The notes beneath the pieces are model-generated. The model made no database searches. It saw only the letters and a program-made list of their open reading frames with translations, and had not been told where the DNA came from. A program made the position numbers and the translations under genes. Below are positions 1 through 8,986 of a DNA stretch of 64,000 bases, in pieces (within the stretch, counting starts at the first letter, position 1; each line of letters starts with the position of its first letter). This stretch comes from Candidatus Aminicenantes bacterium. Lineage in GTDB: Bacteria; Acidobacteriota; Aminicenantia; Aminicenantales; JAFGBC01. The DNA is taken from the NCBI GenBank assembly GCA_963702005.1, contig OY969696.1:2870556-2934555 (forward strand), read 5' to 3'.

Positions 1-951
1 GCCCGGAAAGTGCTTTTTATGGAACTCGAGGTACGCGCCGTCGCCCGGGTAGCCGAGGTTTCGGCTCCAGACCTGAGAGCCTGTGACCTCGTCCCGGACA
101 AAGAAGGCTGTGTTCGAAGGGTGGGCTCGGTAAGGAAGATAGGGATCCTTGCCCGACTCCTCGCCCGGCTTGTACTCCCCCTGGAACTTCTCCCAGAGCA
201 GGCCGAGCGCCGGGAAGCGGTCCGCGTAGACGCCCTTGGCCTGGCCGCCCTTGAGAAGGTGGCCGTCCACGTAGAAAAATTCCAGCCCTTCGGCCCCAAG
301 GATTTCATCGACGCCGCGGCGATCATAGGGACGGGCCTCGCCGAAGGGAGGCTTCCAGGCATAGCCGGGGCGGTAAGAGCATTCCGGGATCCAGAATCCC
401 GAGGGATCGCGCCCGAAGAAACGGCGGTAGGTGTGGATTCCTTGCCGGACTTGATGCCGGATGCTCTCGTCCCGGGAAAGGAGGGCGAAATAACCGTGGG
501 TCGCGGCCGAGGTCAGGATCTCGATCGAACCCGCGTCCTGGAGCCGGCCGAAAGCCTTGATGAGATCCCCGCCGTAGCGGCCCAGGAAGTCTTCCAGGAC
601 TTTTCCGTACCATTTCTCCCAGAACACGGTCAGCCGGACGAGGTCGGCCCGGCCCGTCCGCTCGAAATAGACCCGGTCCTCGGCCGTGATCTTGAGCTTC
701 ATCCGGAGATAATCCTCGAAGCCCGAACGGAAAGACTCGCTCTTCAGCTGGTCGGCCAGGACTGGGGTAAGCCCGAAATTGACGCTGGCCGGAACCCCCT
801 CGTCGGCCAAACGGTTAAAGGCGCCGAGAAGGGGCAGGTAGCTCTCGGCCGCCGCCTCGAAGAGCCAGTCCATGCCGTGTGGCCAGGAGCCGTGGGCCAG
901 GACATAAGGAATGTGGCTGTGAAGAACGAGTGAAAAATATTTATCGGCCAT
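1..951 (-). CDS. GH57-family 1,4-alpha-glucan branching enzyme, N-terminal 317 aa (3' end lies beyond the window; not in the supplied ORF track)
   Basis: Manual minus-strand translation from ATG (951-949) is open to base 1: MADKYFSLVLHSHIPYVLAHGSWPHGMDWLFEAAAESYLPLL...EILTSAATHGYFALLSRDESIRHQV...FWIPECSYRPG. This closely parallels GH57 branching enzymes (Thermococcus TK1436 / Thermus type). Listed + ORF 10..933 is its antisense shadow. Confidence 0.85.
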   Translation of the reverse strand, partial: MADKYFSLVLHSHIPYVLAHGSWPHGMDWLFEAAAESYLPLLGAFNRLADEGVPASVNFGLTPVLADQLKSESFRSGFEDYLRMKLKITAEDRVYFERTGRADLVRLTVFWEKWYGKVLEDFLGRYGGDLIKAFGRLQDAGSIEILTSAATHGYFALLSRDESIRHQVRQGIHTYRRFFGRDPSGFWIPECSYRPGYAWKPPFGEARPYDRRGVDEILGAEGLEFFYVDGHLLKGGQAKGVYADRFPALGLLWEKFQGEYKPGEESGKDPYLPYRAHPSNTAFFVRDEVTGSQVWSRNLGYPGDGAYLEFHKKHFPG

Positions 952-2897
952 GGCCGTCCTTAAGTATGATCTCCCTCGCGGCGCTGCCTCCCGCGCTCAG
1001 ACTCAGCCGCCAGAGGGGAATGAGGCAGATGCCCTGATGGATTATATCATACCCGCTCTCGGACTGGGAAAGCGTCCTGAGGGGAAAATGCCAGAGGGCG
1101 TCCGGCGCCGAGGCTTCCCAGACAAGCCGGTTCATGAAGACGGCCCGGCCGCCCGCGGGCTCGAACTCGAACGGGAACAGCGAGACGTTCGATTCGGACG
1201 CGAACAGGACGGAAATGGCCCGGCCGGACAGGTTCTCGATCCGATAGGCGATCCGGATGATTCGATCGCCCGGGGTGATAGTCTTCGTCAACAAGACGGG
1301 CAGCCTGTCCTCTTCAACCCAGACCGAACCGCGCCGCGACAGGACGGCGGCCGCCCCAGCGAGGGTCCAATCATAGGGCTGGATGACGAAGTCGCCCTGC
1401 TCGCCGTAATCGACTCTCCGGAAGCTCTCCAGCGTCGTATCGGGATGCAGGAAATGGTCGAGGAGCGACAAGCGGGAATACCAGTCGGGGCGGAGAAGGT
1501 CCTCGGCCTCGGGAGGAACCCTGCGGCTGAGCTCGTGTATGCTTCCGCCTTCTTCGGACGGCGCTTGCCCATCGAAAGCATGGTAGGATTCCTTCCGCCG
1601 GGCCAGGACATCCGAGATGTTGCGGCTCGCCGGCATGAAGTCGCACTCGGCCAAGCTCCCGCCGTAAGCCGGCTTGAGGATGAGCTGGAAAGCCGGGCCG
1701 CGCCAGATGAGCTCGGGGCGTCCGTCGAGGTCGAAGTCGATCTCCTGCCAGCCCGGCGCCGGGGGAAGTTTTTTCTCGGCTTCGATCAGATGGCGGTAGG
1801 CGGCCTGGCGCAGGTGGGGCAGATAGAGACCGCCGAAAACGCCGTGCCAGTAGGGATCGTTGCATTGACCTTTATAGAGCTCCAGCTTCGCGCCGGCGGC
1901 CGCCGGATGCCGCTCGACCTCGGCCGAGACGAGGAGCATCCTCTTGTGGAGATGGTTCGCTTCGGGATACTTGAGGAAAAATTCGCGGAAGAATCCCCCA
2001 CGCAGGAAGCGCCGGGCCTCGGCCGGCGCTTTGGCTTTAAGGTCCTTGAACGCCGCATAGTCCCGAGGCTCGAGGACCCACTCCATCATTTCCTCGTAGG
2101 ACGCGGGCGGGAGATAGACCCTGCCGGCCGGAGCGGCCGCGTCCAGGTATTCGGAAAAGGTTCGGGTCCGGATCCCCTCGCGTTCGACGAATTCGAGGAA
2201 CCGCCGTAGCCAGCCTTCCTCGTAAACCCATTTTTTCGTCCCGGGCCAGAGGCCGAACTTCTCGCCGTCGTCGCCCAGGATGGCCGCGCCCCCCCCGCCT
2301 CGATCTCTTCCAGGGCGGCTTTGACCTCTTCGAGGGGACGGAAGGGAATGAGATAGCGGAGCTTCTTGTCGATCGGGAAAAGATGGAGAGGGCGCCCCTC
2401 GTCCTCCGTGATGTAATGGGCGTGGATGTCGGTGACCCCCCCATCCGGAAATGCTCCTCGTCAAGAAGCGTGTAGGCGATTCCCCGCTCGGCCAGCGTCC
2501 GGGGCAGCTGGGGCTCCCAAACCCGCTCTGTCAGCCAGAGCCCGCGCGGCCGGCGCTTGAAGTTCCTCTCCAGGAAGTTGTTCATGAGCTCGATCTGGCC
2601 CGCCCTGTCCCGCTCGGGGATGACGGCCAGGATGGGTTCGTAGTAGCCGCCGCTCAAGAGCTCGACCTGGCCCCGTTCCGCCATGAGCTCGACCAAGGCC
2701 CAGCACTCCCTCTCCTTGTCTTTCATGCGATCCCAGAGGGGCCCGGAGAAATGGAGCGCGAACTTGAAAAAGGGATAATCGGCGACGGTCCGCAGGAAGG
2801 GAAGGTAGCAGTCCCGGAAGGCCATGTCAAAGACGTCGTCGAAATTCCCGACCGGCTGGTGGTTGTGGACGGCGAAGAGAAAGCTTAGATTTTTCAT
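941..2897 (-). pseudogene. GH57 glycoside hydrolase (alpha-amylase/4-alpha-glucanotransferase-like with DUF1926-type C-terminus), interrupted by two frameshifts as sequenced
   Basis: N-terminus MKNLSFLFAVHNHQPVGNF...WLTERVWEP...LLDEEHFRMGG is in the frame of ORF 2037..3161. The middle segment VTDIHAHYITEDEGRPLHLFPIDKKLRYLIPFRPLEEVKAALEEIEAGGG reads only in the third frame. The rest, AAILGDDGEKFGLWPGT...CNDPYWHGVFGGLYLPHLR, is in ORF 941..2464. Frame switches coincide with C7 (2436-2442) and C8 (2289-2296) runs. The ATG overlaps the upstream stop (ATGA at 2894-2897). Confidence 0.8.
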
Positions 2898-4222
2898 CGC
2901 GACCCGCCTCCGAGGCCGGCGTCGCGCCGGGCCTTGTCGAGATAGGAATGAAACAGGATGTCGAAGTCCGGCTGCTCGGCCTCGCCCGCCCACCAGAACC
3001 AGTCCGAGCCTTCGGCGGCGTAGACGGCCTCGCTCGGCCCGCAGGCCTCGCGGACGCGCGCCAGGAGCTCCCAACTCGCGTTCTTGGCGGGGTGGCCGGC
3101 CCACTTGGCGAAGCCTCCCAGCCAGGTTCCGGGGACGAGGTCCAACTCCCGGGCCGGCCAATGGCGGGCCAGGTATCGGCTGAACAGGATGGGTTCGATC
3201 CCCGGTGTCGTTAGAAGCCGCTCGTAAAGCCTTCGCAGGAAGGGAACGCCGTTGTCCTTGTAGGACTCCCAGCAGTTCTCACCGTCGAGGGCGATGACGC
3301 ACAGGGCGTCCTCGGGGAGACCGTTCGCCTTTTCCGAGAGCCTGCGGACAAGGTCCTCGACGGCCTCGCGATCGTCCCATTTCTGGTAGACGAACCCGAT
3401 GAGGTCCGAGAGCTCCCGCTCCCGGAAGAAAACGGTCAGCCCTTCGCAGGTATAAGGCCGGAAAAGCTCCTCGGGACGGCGCGGCTCGGGAAGGCTTTCC
3501 CAGAGGATATTCTCGTCCGTGACGGTGAATTGGAAGCCGGTGCGGGCGGCCGCCCGGCAGACCTCCCGGCTCAAGCCGCCTTCGGAAGGCCAAAGCCCGG
3601 CCGGGGCCGCGCCCATCATGCTCTCGAAATAAGCCCGGCCGTTCCGGAGCTGCGCTTCGCCGTCCTCGGGATAGCGGAACGCGAATCCCGGGCCGGCCTC
3701 GACGCCGGCGACGCCCAGATCGAAGACGAGCGGCAGGAGAGGATGATAATAAGGGGACGTCATGAGCTCGACCGTCCCCTTGCGTCCGAGGTCGCGGACG
3801 GTGGGGATGATTCCGCGCAGGATGGTCTCCTGGATGTCAAGGAGCTCATCTTTATCCCGGCCCGCGGCCGAGAGAGGATTGAAGCAGGAGCGCAGGGCCC
3901 TCATCTGGAGGAAGTCGGACCGCTTCTTGTCCGGCGCGAGCTTCCGAAGAATCTCGTTGTCTTCGGATGTTAAATCTTCGGGCTTCTTCCTGACGGCTTT
4001 GAGAAAGCGGTCGTCGGCGCGGCCTTCGGCGTAATCCTCGATCTGCTCCAGAAGGCAGGGCACGAAATTAAAGGCGCAGGGGAATTCGGCCTCCCCGACG
4101 ATGAGGGCCATCTGATGATAATTCTTGGTTGCGTGGAAAAGAACCCAGGGCAGAAGGTATTCCCTCGTTTCGGCGTGACGGTAGATCGGCTGGTGGAAGT
4201 GCCAGAGCAGGGATAAATGCAC
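2894..4222 (-). CDS. GH57 family glycoside hydrolase (alpha-amylase-like)
   Basis: 442-aa ORF: MHLSLLWHFHQPIY..., ELMTSPYYHPLLPL, GLWPSEGGLS, ALDGENCWE. These are typical GH57 blocks. Confidence 0.85.
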   Translation of the reverse strand: MHLSLLWHFHQPIYRHAETREYLLPWVLFHATKNYHQMALIVGEAEFPCAFNFVPCLLEQIEDYAEGRADDRFLKAVRKKPEDLTSEDNEILRKLAPDKKRSDFLQMRALRSCFNPLSAAGRDKDELLDIQETILRGIIPTVRDLGRKGTVELMTSPYYHPLLPLVFDLGVAGVEAGPGFAFRYPEDGEAQLRNGRAYFESMMGAAPAGLWPSEGGLSREVCRAAARTGFQFTVTDENILWESLPEPRRPEELFRPYTCEGLTVFFRERELSDLIGFVYQKWDDREAVEDLVRRLSEKANGLPEDALCVIALDGENCWESYKDNGVPFLRRLYERLLTTPGIEPILFSRYLARHWPARELDLVPGTWLGGFAKWAGHPAKNASWELLARVREACGPSEAVYAAEGSDWFWWAGEAEQPDFDILFHSYLDKARRDAGLGGGSR

Positions 4223-4296
4223 GGCCCGATCGTCCTCGTTAAATTAAGATTTTTGAAGGAGATGCTTTATAGCACGGCGGCCCGCAGAATGTCAAA

Positions 4297-5721
4297 CTAC
4301 AGGCCCTGCTGGGCGATGACGTAGGCCGTGACGGCGAGGGCGATCGCCCCCAGCTCGAGCTCCCGGGGATGGACGGCGGCCAGGACGTCGAGGGCCGAAT
4401 GGTGGTAATCAAAATAGCGGTGGGCCGCCACCGAGAGGCCTCCCATAATGGTCCCCCGCTCCGCCAGCGGCCCGACATCGACGCCTCCCCCGCCCGGGAC
4501 GATGCCCGAAACCACCCCCAGGGACGCGATGAGAGGGCTCCATTTCTGGAACTTGCGGAAAAAGCCCGGGCTTCCGCCCAATCCGACGGCCATCGGCAGA
4601 AATCCGCCCTGGTCCGATTCGAAGGCGACAAGATGCTTCTCCCCTTTCCGTTCCGGAGCGTTCGCATAGAAGCGTCCTCCCGTCCCTCCGAATTCCTCGT
4701 CGATGAACAGGACGGCCCTGATGGTCCGCTTGGGGGCAAGCCCGACGGCCTTGATGAGCCGGAGGGCTTCGACGGCGTGGGCGCAGCCCGCCCCATCGTC
4801 ATGGGCGCCCTGCCCCAAGTCCCAGGCGTCGATGTGGCCGCCGATCAGAATGATCTCCTCCGGCCGCTCCGAGCCGGGGATCTCCCCGACCAAGTTTGCG
4901 GACGGCACGGGACCGTCATCCCTGCAGTCGAGGAACAGCCGAACCGCGGCCTCGGGTTCCTCCCGCAGGATCCCGCTCAGGCGGTCCGCGTCCTCGGTAG
5001 CGACGGCCGCGGCCGGGATCCGTGGAACTCCGTCTTCGTATCGCATGAGACCCGTGTGGGGGTATCGGTCGCGGCGGAACGTCAATGACCGGACGAGCAC
5101 GGCGACGGCTCCGCGCTTGGCCGCTTCGGCCGCCCCGCGAACCCGCTGGTCCGCGTCCGCGCCGTAGGCCCGGAAGGGTTCGAGAATGGTCCTATCCATG
5201 GGCCTGTTGAAGAAAATGATTTTCCCCCGCGCCCGCTGTCCCAGGCCGGCAAGCTCCTCGAAGGATTTGACTTCGACGACCGGCGCTTCGATTCCGGCAA
5301 CGGGCGTTCCGACACTCCCGCCCAGGGCGCAGACGGCCAGATCACAGGCCGCCCGCTGCGGGGAAGCCACAAGGGAAGCGGTTTCGGCGCCGCGGACCCA
5401 GCGATTGACGGTCACGGGCTCGAGATGGACATTACTAAATCCGAGGTCGAGCATGACGCCGCGCATGTGCTCGAGGGCCGCTTCGGCTCCGGGGGAGCCG
5501 GTGAGCCTGGATCCGGCCGACTCGATCAGCCCTCTGAGCACGTCATAGGCTTTCTCCTCGCTAAGGCCCATCGCGAGAATCCGCCGGGCCGCTTCTTGGG
5601 GTGAGATCGCTTTGGCTGGACGGCCAGATACAATTAAGTTATTGATTATAATTAATATAAAAAGATAGGCGAGACTTCTCGAAATAACTCCGACCAGCGC
5701 TCCGGGACGACGGACGGCCAT
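4297..5721 (-). CDS. M28 family metallopeptidase with PA domain, secreted
   Basis: 474-aa ORF with a signal-like N-terminus ending AKA. Motifs: LIGGHIDAWDLGQGAHDDGAG, FIDEEFGGTGG, DYHHSALD. Confidence 0.85.
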   Translation of the reverse strand: MAVRRPGALVGVISRSLAYLFILIIINNLIVSGRPAKAISPQEAARRILAMGLSEEKAYDVLRGLIESAGSRLTGSPGAEAALEHMRGVMLDLGFSNVHLEPVTVNRWVRGAETASLVASPQRAACDLAVCALGGSVGTPVAGIEAPVVEVKSFEELAGLGQRARGKIIFFNRPMDRTILEPFRAYGADADQRVRGAAEAAKRGAVAVLVRSLTFRRDRYPHTGLMRYEDGVPRIPAAAVATEDADRLSGILREEPEAAVRLFLDCRDDGPVPSANLVGEIPGSERPEEIILIGGHIDAWDLGQGAHDDGAGCAHAVEALRLIKAVGLAPKRTIRAVLFIDEEFGGTGGRFYANAPERKGEKHLVAFESDQGGFLPMAVGLGGSPGFFRKFQKWSPLIASLGVVSGIVPGGGGVDVGPLAERGTIMGGLSVAAHRYFDYHHSALDVLAAVHPRELELGAIALAVTAYVIAQQGL

Positions 5722-6531
5722 TTATATCTTGACCACGAAAGAGCTGAGGAAGTAGATGTCGGTGGGCTTGTAGCCGACCACGGGCTGATTATCGTAGGTA
5801 ACCTGAAGGCTTGTCTTCAGGGCCAGGGAGGGGCTTATAGCCGCGGACAGCGAGGAGTAGGAATTGACCCGGAATCCCCTGAGGTCTTTGAGGTTGCTGA
5901 ACATCACGCCCTGGATGGTGATCTGGGCCGTCTCCGAAACATTATAGATGAGCTTGTGGCTCATGATGGACGATAAAAAATTCGTCTTGCGCGTCGTCGC
6001 TTCCGAACCGGCTTGAGGGGACGGGACGACGTTATTTTCGCCGCCCCAGCCCAACGAGACCTCGGACGAGACATCGACCTTGTTGTCCTTCTTGATCCAG
6101 GTGTAGCCGCCGCCCGTCGTCACCGAGACGCGGGACATATAGCCTGCCGAGGTATTTCTCTCGACACGGGTCAGGCCGAGGAGGTAGGCCCGGGCGCTGA
6201 GCTGGCGATCGTACTTGACGTGGGCATAGTAAATGCCCGAGCGGGGTTGATGGTTGGAGCGGGAGTAAATGGCGCTGCCCTTGAAGTTCAAAGCGTTTTT
6301 TCCCAGGGCCAGGTTCTGGTCGGTGTCCACGCTGTAAGAAAGGTTCTGGTTGTTGCCTCTGGTGAAAAGCAGGGAAAAGCTCGTCGAGGAAAAATAGGGC
6401 TTGGCCTGCGCGGCCGGGGCCGTCGCTACCGCTTGCGCCGCATCCTGGGCGCGGAGACCGAGCCCGGCGACGACCAGGACGGCTGCCCCGAGCGCGATCC
6501 GCGCGCTAACCTTGGTCCTTTTTCGATTCAT
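5722..6531 (-). CDS. DUF481-family outer-membrane beta-barrel protein
   Basis: The ORF carries signal peptide MNRKRTKVSARIALGAAVLVVAG. An alternating beta-strand pattern ends in a C-terminal aromatic (...SSFVVKI). The ATG at 6531 overlaps the upstream stop (ATGA). Confidence 0.65.
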   Translation of the reverse strand: MNRKRTKVSARIALGAAVLVVAGLGLRAQDAAQAVATAPAAQAKPYFSSTSFSLLFTRGNNQNLSYSVDTDQNLALGKNALNFKGSAIYSRSNHQPRSGIYYAHVKYDRQLSARAYLLGLTRVERNTSAGYMSRVSVTTGGGYTWIKKDNKVDVSSEVSLGWGGENNVVPSPQAGSEATTRKTNFLSSIMSHKLIYNVSETAQITIQGVMFSNLKDLRGFRVNSYSSLSAAISPSLALKTSLQVTYDNQPVVGYKPTDIYFLSSFVVKI

Positions 6532-7016
6532 GGTTGTCTCCCGATCCTGAAAAAAAGCCAATTCCCGTGCTCGACTTTTTCGCCGGGCTTGGGCTTGAGT
6601 TTGATGAGGGCAAAGACGCCCTTGAGCTTTCGTCCCCGGAGCTCGACGACCCGTTTTCCGGCCGTGGTTACGAGCGGAAGATAGGTCCCCTTATCCCAGA
6701 TCCGGACGTTCCCGGCTCCATACTCCCCTTCCGGGATGACGCCCTCGAAGGCCTCGTAGCCCAACGGATGGTCTTCGGTCTCTATGGCCAGGCGCTTCTC
6801 GCCCTCGGCCAGCGTCGGGACTTTGGGGATGGCCCAGCTCTTGAGGACGCCGCCCTCTTCGAGACGCAGGTCGAAGTGAAGATGGGATGCGCTGTGCTTC
6901 TGAATGGCGTAGGCCAACGCTCGACGCGATTGGGCGGAAGCCGTTCGGGTTCGGGAAGACTTGGGCTCGGACGTTTTTTTGAAGTCTCTCTTGGACTTGT
7001 ATTCCTTCAAGCTCAT
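6528..7016 (-). CDS. stand-alone LigD-type 3'-phosphoesterase (PE) domain protein
   Basis: 162 aa: YAIQKHSASHLHFDLRLEEGGVLKSWAIPKVP...IETEDHPLGYEAFEGVIPEGEYGAGNVRIWDKGTY matches the LigD N-terminal PE domain. Confidence 0.8.
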   Translation of the reverse strand: MSLKEYKSKRDFKKTSEPKSSRTRTASAQSRRALAYAIQKHSASHLHFDLRLEEGGVLKSWAIPKVPTLAEGEKRLAIETEDHPLGYEAFEGVIPEGEYGAGNVRIWDKGTYLPLVTTAGKRVVELRGRKLKGVFALIKLKPKPGEKVEHGNWLFFRIGRQP

Positions 7017-7050
7017 GATCAGATCCTTGCCGAAGAACGCCGGCGCGGAA

Positions 7051-8130
7051 CTATCTGTGGAGAAAACAGCGTTCGCAGTCGACCTCGCCCGGCCTGCGGG
7101 TGACCATCATGGACAGGCCGAGCTGGTCGGCCCGGTCGATGACCTCCTGGTCCTTGATCGAACCCAGGGGGTAGATGATCCCCTTGATCCCCTGCCGGGC
7201 GGCGAGCTCGACGACGTCCGGGAAGGGCATGAAAGCGTCCGAGGCCATGACGGTTCCTTCCGATCCGTAGCCACGTCTCGAGAGCCGGACGGCGTCCTCG
7301 GCCGAGTCGATTCGGGAGCGCTGTCCGGACCCGATGCCGTGAATTTTATCGGCCGTCGCGAGGATGATCGCATTCGAGCGGGTGAAACAGGCGACCGTCC
7401 AAGCGAACAGGGCCGCCCGGACTTCTTCTAGGGACGGCTTCCGCTTGGAGACGACATCCACGAACTCGGGCGAGACGATCCGGGAATCGAACCTCTTCTG
7501 GACCAGGAGGCCGCCCACGACCCGCTTGAGCTCGAGGCCGCCGTCGACGACCGGCTGGGCCGGCGAGGCCGTCATCCGGACAACTCTCAGGACTTTGCGG
7601 GTAGCCAGGATGCCCAGGGCGTCCGGGTCGAACACCGGGGCGAACACGACCTCGACGTTCCGGACGCTCTCGACGAGAAGCTTAGCCAGTCCGGCATCGA
7701 CGGCAAAATTGAAGACGTCGACGCTTCCGAAGTTCGAGAGCGGATCGCACTTCCAGGCTTTTTCGAAAGTCTCCCCGGGAGCGTCGCCGGCCGCGACTCC
7801 CGACGGCATCTCGTGCTTGACCAGGACGCACAGCTTTCGGTTGCCGGTCACGACGCCGAGCTTGCGGATGATCCTGAGGCCGAGATCCATGTCGCCGACA
7901 TTGATATAGCTGAGACCCTTGGTCCCTTCCTGAAGAACCTCGATCGCCGCCATGGTCGGACCCGAGGCGCCCTCTTCGAGGTAGAAAGCCGCCGGATAGC
8001 CGGGGTTTTCGCCGTAGCGCATCGAAATTTTCTTGACGAAGCGTCCGTCTCCGACGGCCAAGGTCTCCGGGAAGTCCTCCTTGACCTTGGTCGAGTACTG
8101 CTGGCGGGCGGTCTTCTCGGTCTTGTCCAT
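7051..8130 (-). CDS. purH: AICAR transformylase-only PurH (lacks the N-terminal MGS-like IMP cyclohydrolase domain)
   Basis: From MDKTEKT..., the MRYGENPGYPAAFY block lies about 35 aa from the start. In bifunctional PurH it lies near residue 220. Also has KHEMPSGVA, SNFGSVDVFN and ASDAFMPFPD. Confidence 0.85.
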   Translation of the reverse strand: MDKTEKTARQQYSTKVKEDFPETLAVGDGRFVKKISMRYGENPGYPAAFYLEEGASGPTMAAIEVLQEGTKGLSYINVGDMDLGLRIIRKLGVVTGNRKLCVLVKHEMPSGVAAGDAPGETFEKAWKCDPLSNFGSVDVFNFAVDAGLAKLLVESVRNVEVVFAPVFDPDALGILATRKVLRVVRMTASPAQPVVDGGLELKRVVGGLLVQKRFDSRIVSPEFVDVVSKRKPSLEEVRAALFAWTVACFTRSNAIILATADKIHGIGSGQRSRIDSAEDAVRLSRRGYGSEGTVMASDAFMPFPDVVELAARQGIKGIIYPLGSIKDQEVIDRADQLGLSMMVTRRPGEVDCERCFLHR

Positions 8131-8134
8131 GCTC

Positions 8135-8872
8135 TCAGTCCTTCCACTCATGGCGGTTGATGATGGCGACATCGGTCGCGCCGAAGCGATCATCCTCTGC
8201 CACGACGCAGGCCGCGGCGACCCGGACATCGGCGAAGCCCTTGGCCGGGGCGAGGGCGGCATAGAGGGCTTCGGCGATGTCCGCAGCCGTATCCCCGCGC
8301 AGCCCGACCTCGGCCGGCGGCCCGTCCCATATCGGAAGCGGGTTCCGGTTCGGCCCGGCGTAGGTCGCGATCATCCGGCCCTTCCCCGGATCGAGGGGAA
8401 GCTCGAAAACGAGCCGCCGGGCCGCTCCGTCTTCCGCCCGCCGGATGATATTGAGGGCGGCTCCGGCGCCGATATAATAGCAGCCGCTGATCCTGGGGGT
8501 GTAAATCGGCGCGTCGGGCTCGAACTCCCATCCGGCCAGAACGCGGGACAGAAACTCGCCGGCGCTCTCCCCTCCGGCCGCCGGCGCGCCGATCGTCTCG
8601 GTTTGGCGGCCGTTCGAGACCGCGAGTCCGCCCGGCCGGAACAGGACGGCCGGATAGACCAGAAGCTCCGGGTTCCCCTTCTTGAGGACCTCCTCATCGG
8701 TGGGCTTCGTCCAGATTCCCCGTCCGTCGCGCTCGAGCCTCCGGGCCTGGCTCGAGGGAGACCGGCCCGTGACCGCGTAGAGGACGGCGGGCCGCCCCGA
8801 CCGGGTCAGGCCCAGGATGATCAGCCGCCCGGGATACTCCATCAAACTCAGATGCTCGAACCCTGCGCTCAT
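8135..8872 (-). CDS. purO: archaeal-type IMP cyclohydrolase (PurO family)
   Basis: MSAGFEHLSLMEYPGRLIILGLTRSGRPAVLYAVTGRSPSSQARRL...YTPRISG resembles the PurO (IMP_cyclohyd) family. It ends 4 nt upstream of the AICARFT gene. An alternative start is possible at 8842. Confidence 0.7.
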   Translation of the reverse strand: MSAGFEHLSLMEYPGRLIILGLTRSGRPAVLYAVTGRSPSSQARRLERDGRGIWTKPTDEEVLKKGNPELLVYPAVLFRPGGLAVSNGRQTETIGAPAAGGESAGEFLSRVLAGWEFEPDAPIYTPRISGCYYIGAGAALNIIRRAEDGAARRLVFELPLDPGKGRMIATYAGPNRNPLPIWDGPPAEVGLRGDTAADIAEALYAALAPAKGFADVRVAAACVVAEDDRFGATDVAIINRHEWKD

Positions 8873-8986
8873 GCACAACCTTCCGTCCGGAATTGGCCCT
8901 TCATTGATACCACAAGAAAAGGCGGGACTCAAGACCCGCCGGACGGTGATGAGGCGGTCCGGTCGTTGACTTTAGCCGAGATCGGA

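Noticed and set aside
10-933. Long ORFs lying opposite to, or in alternate frames of, recognisable genes. These include 10..933, 950..2209, 6013..6684, 8972..9640, 11329..12048, 12561..13928, 14820..16019, 16021..17916, 21780..22856, 23122..23934, 25207..26391, 26333..27208, 33633..34535, 36492..37850, 37892..39154, 39740..40987, 42505..43674, 44023..44694, 46343..47632, 49032..50576, 50711..51829, 52016..53155, 56997..57755, 57707..58783, 61478..62368, 62585..63262 and 63290..63973.
   Set aside because: Their products are low-complexity and rich in Arg, Gly, Pro, Asp and Glu, with no motifs. Each one overlaps a gene with strong family signatures on the other strand or in another frame. This is the typical shadow-ORF behaviour of GC-rich DNA.
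5629-5668. Strikingly AT-rich 40-nt stretch (ATACAATTAAGTTATTGATTATAATTAATATAAAAAGATA) considered as an internal promoter or foreign insert.
   Set aside because: On the minus strand it encodes the hydrophobic core of the M28 signal peptide (YLFILIIINNLIV). Those residues use AT-rich codons. The ORF is continuous and ends with an AKA cleavage-type site.
8033-8986. N-terminal extensions of listed ORFs. Examples: 8033..9757 (574 aa), 36231..37901, 37754..39289, 48144.., 56148.., 22675.., 23933.. and 16046/8262/8932/6561/35407 on the minus strand.
   Set aside because: The extensions overlap neighbouring genes or consist of Arg/Pro-rich nonsense. Conserved N-termini and SD sequences indicate the downstream starts given in the feature table.
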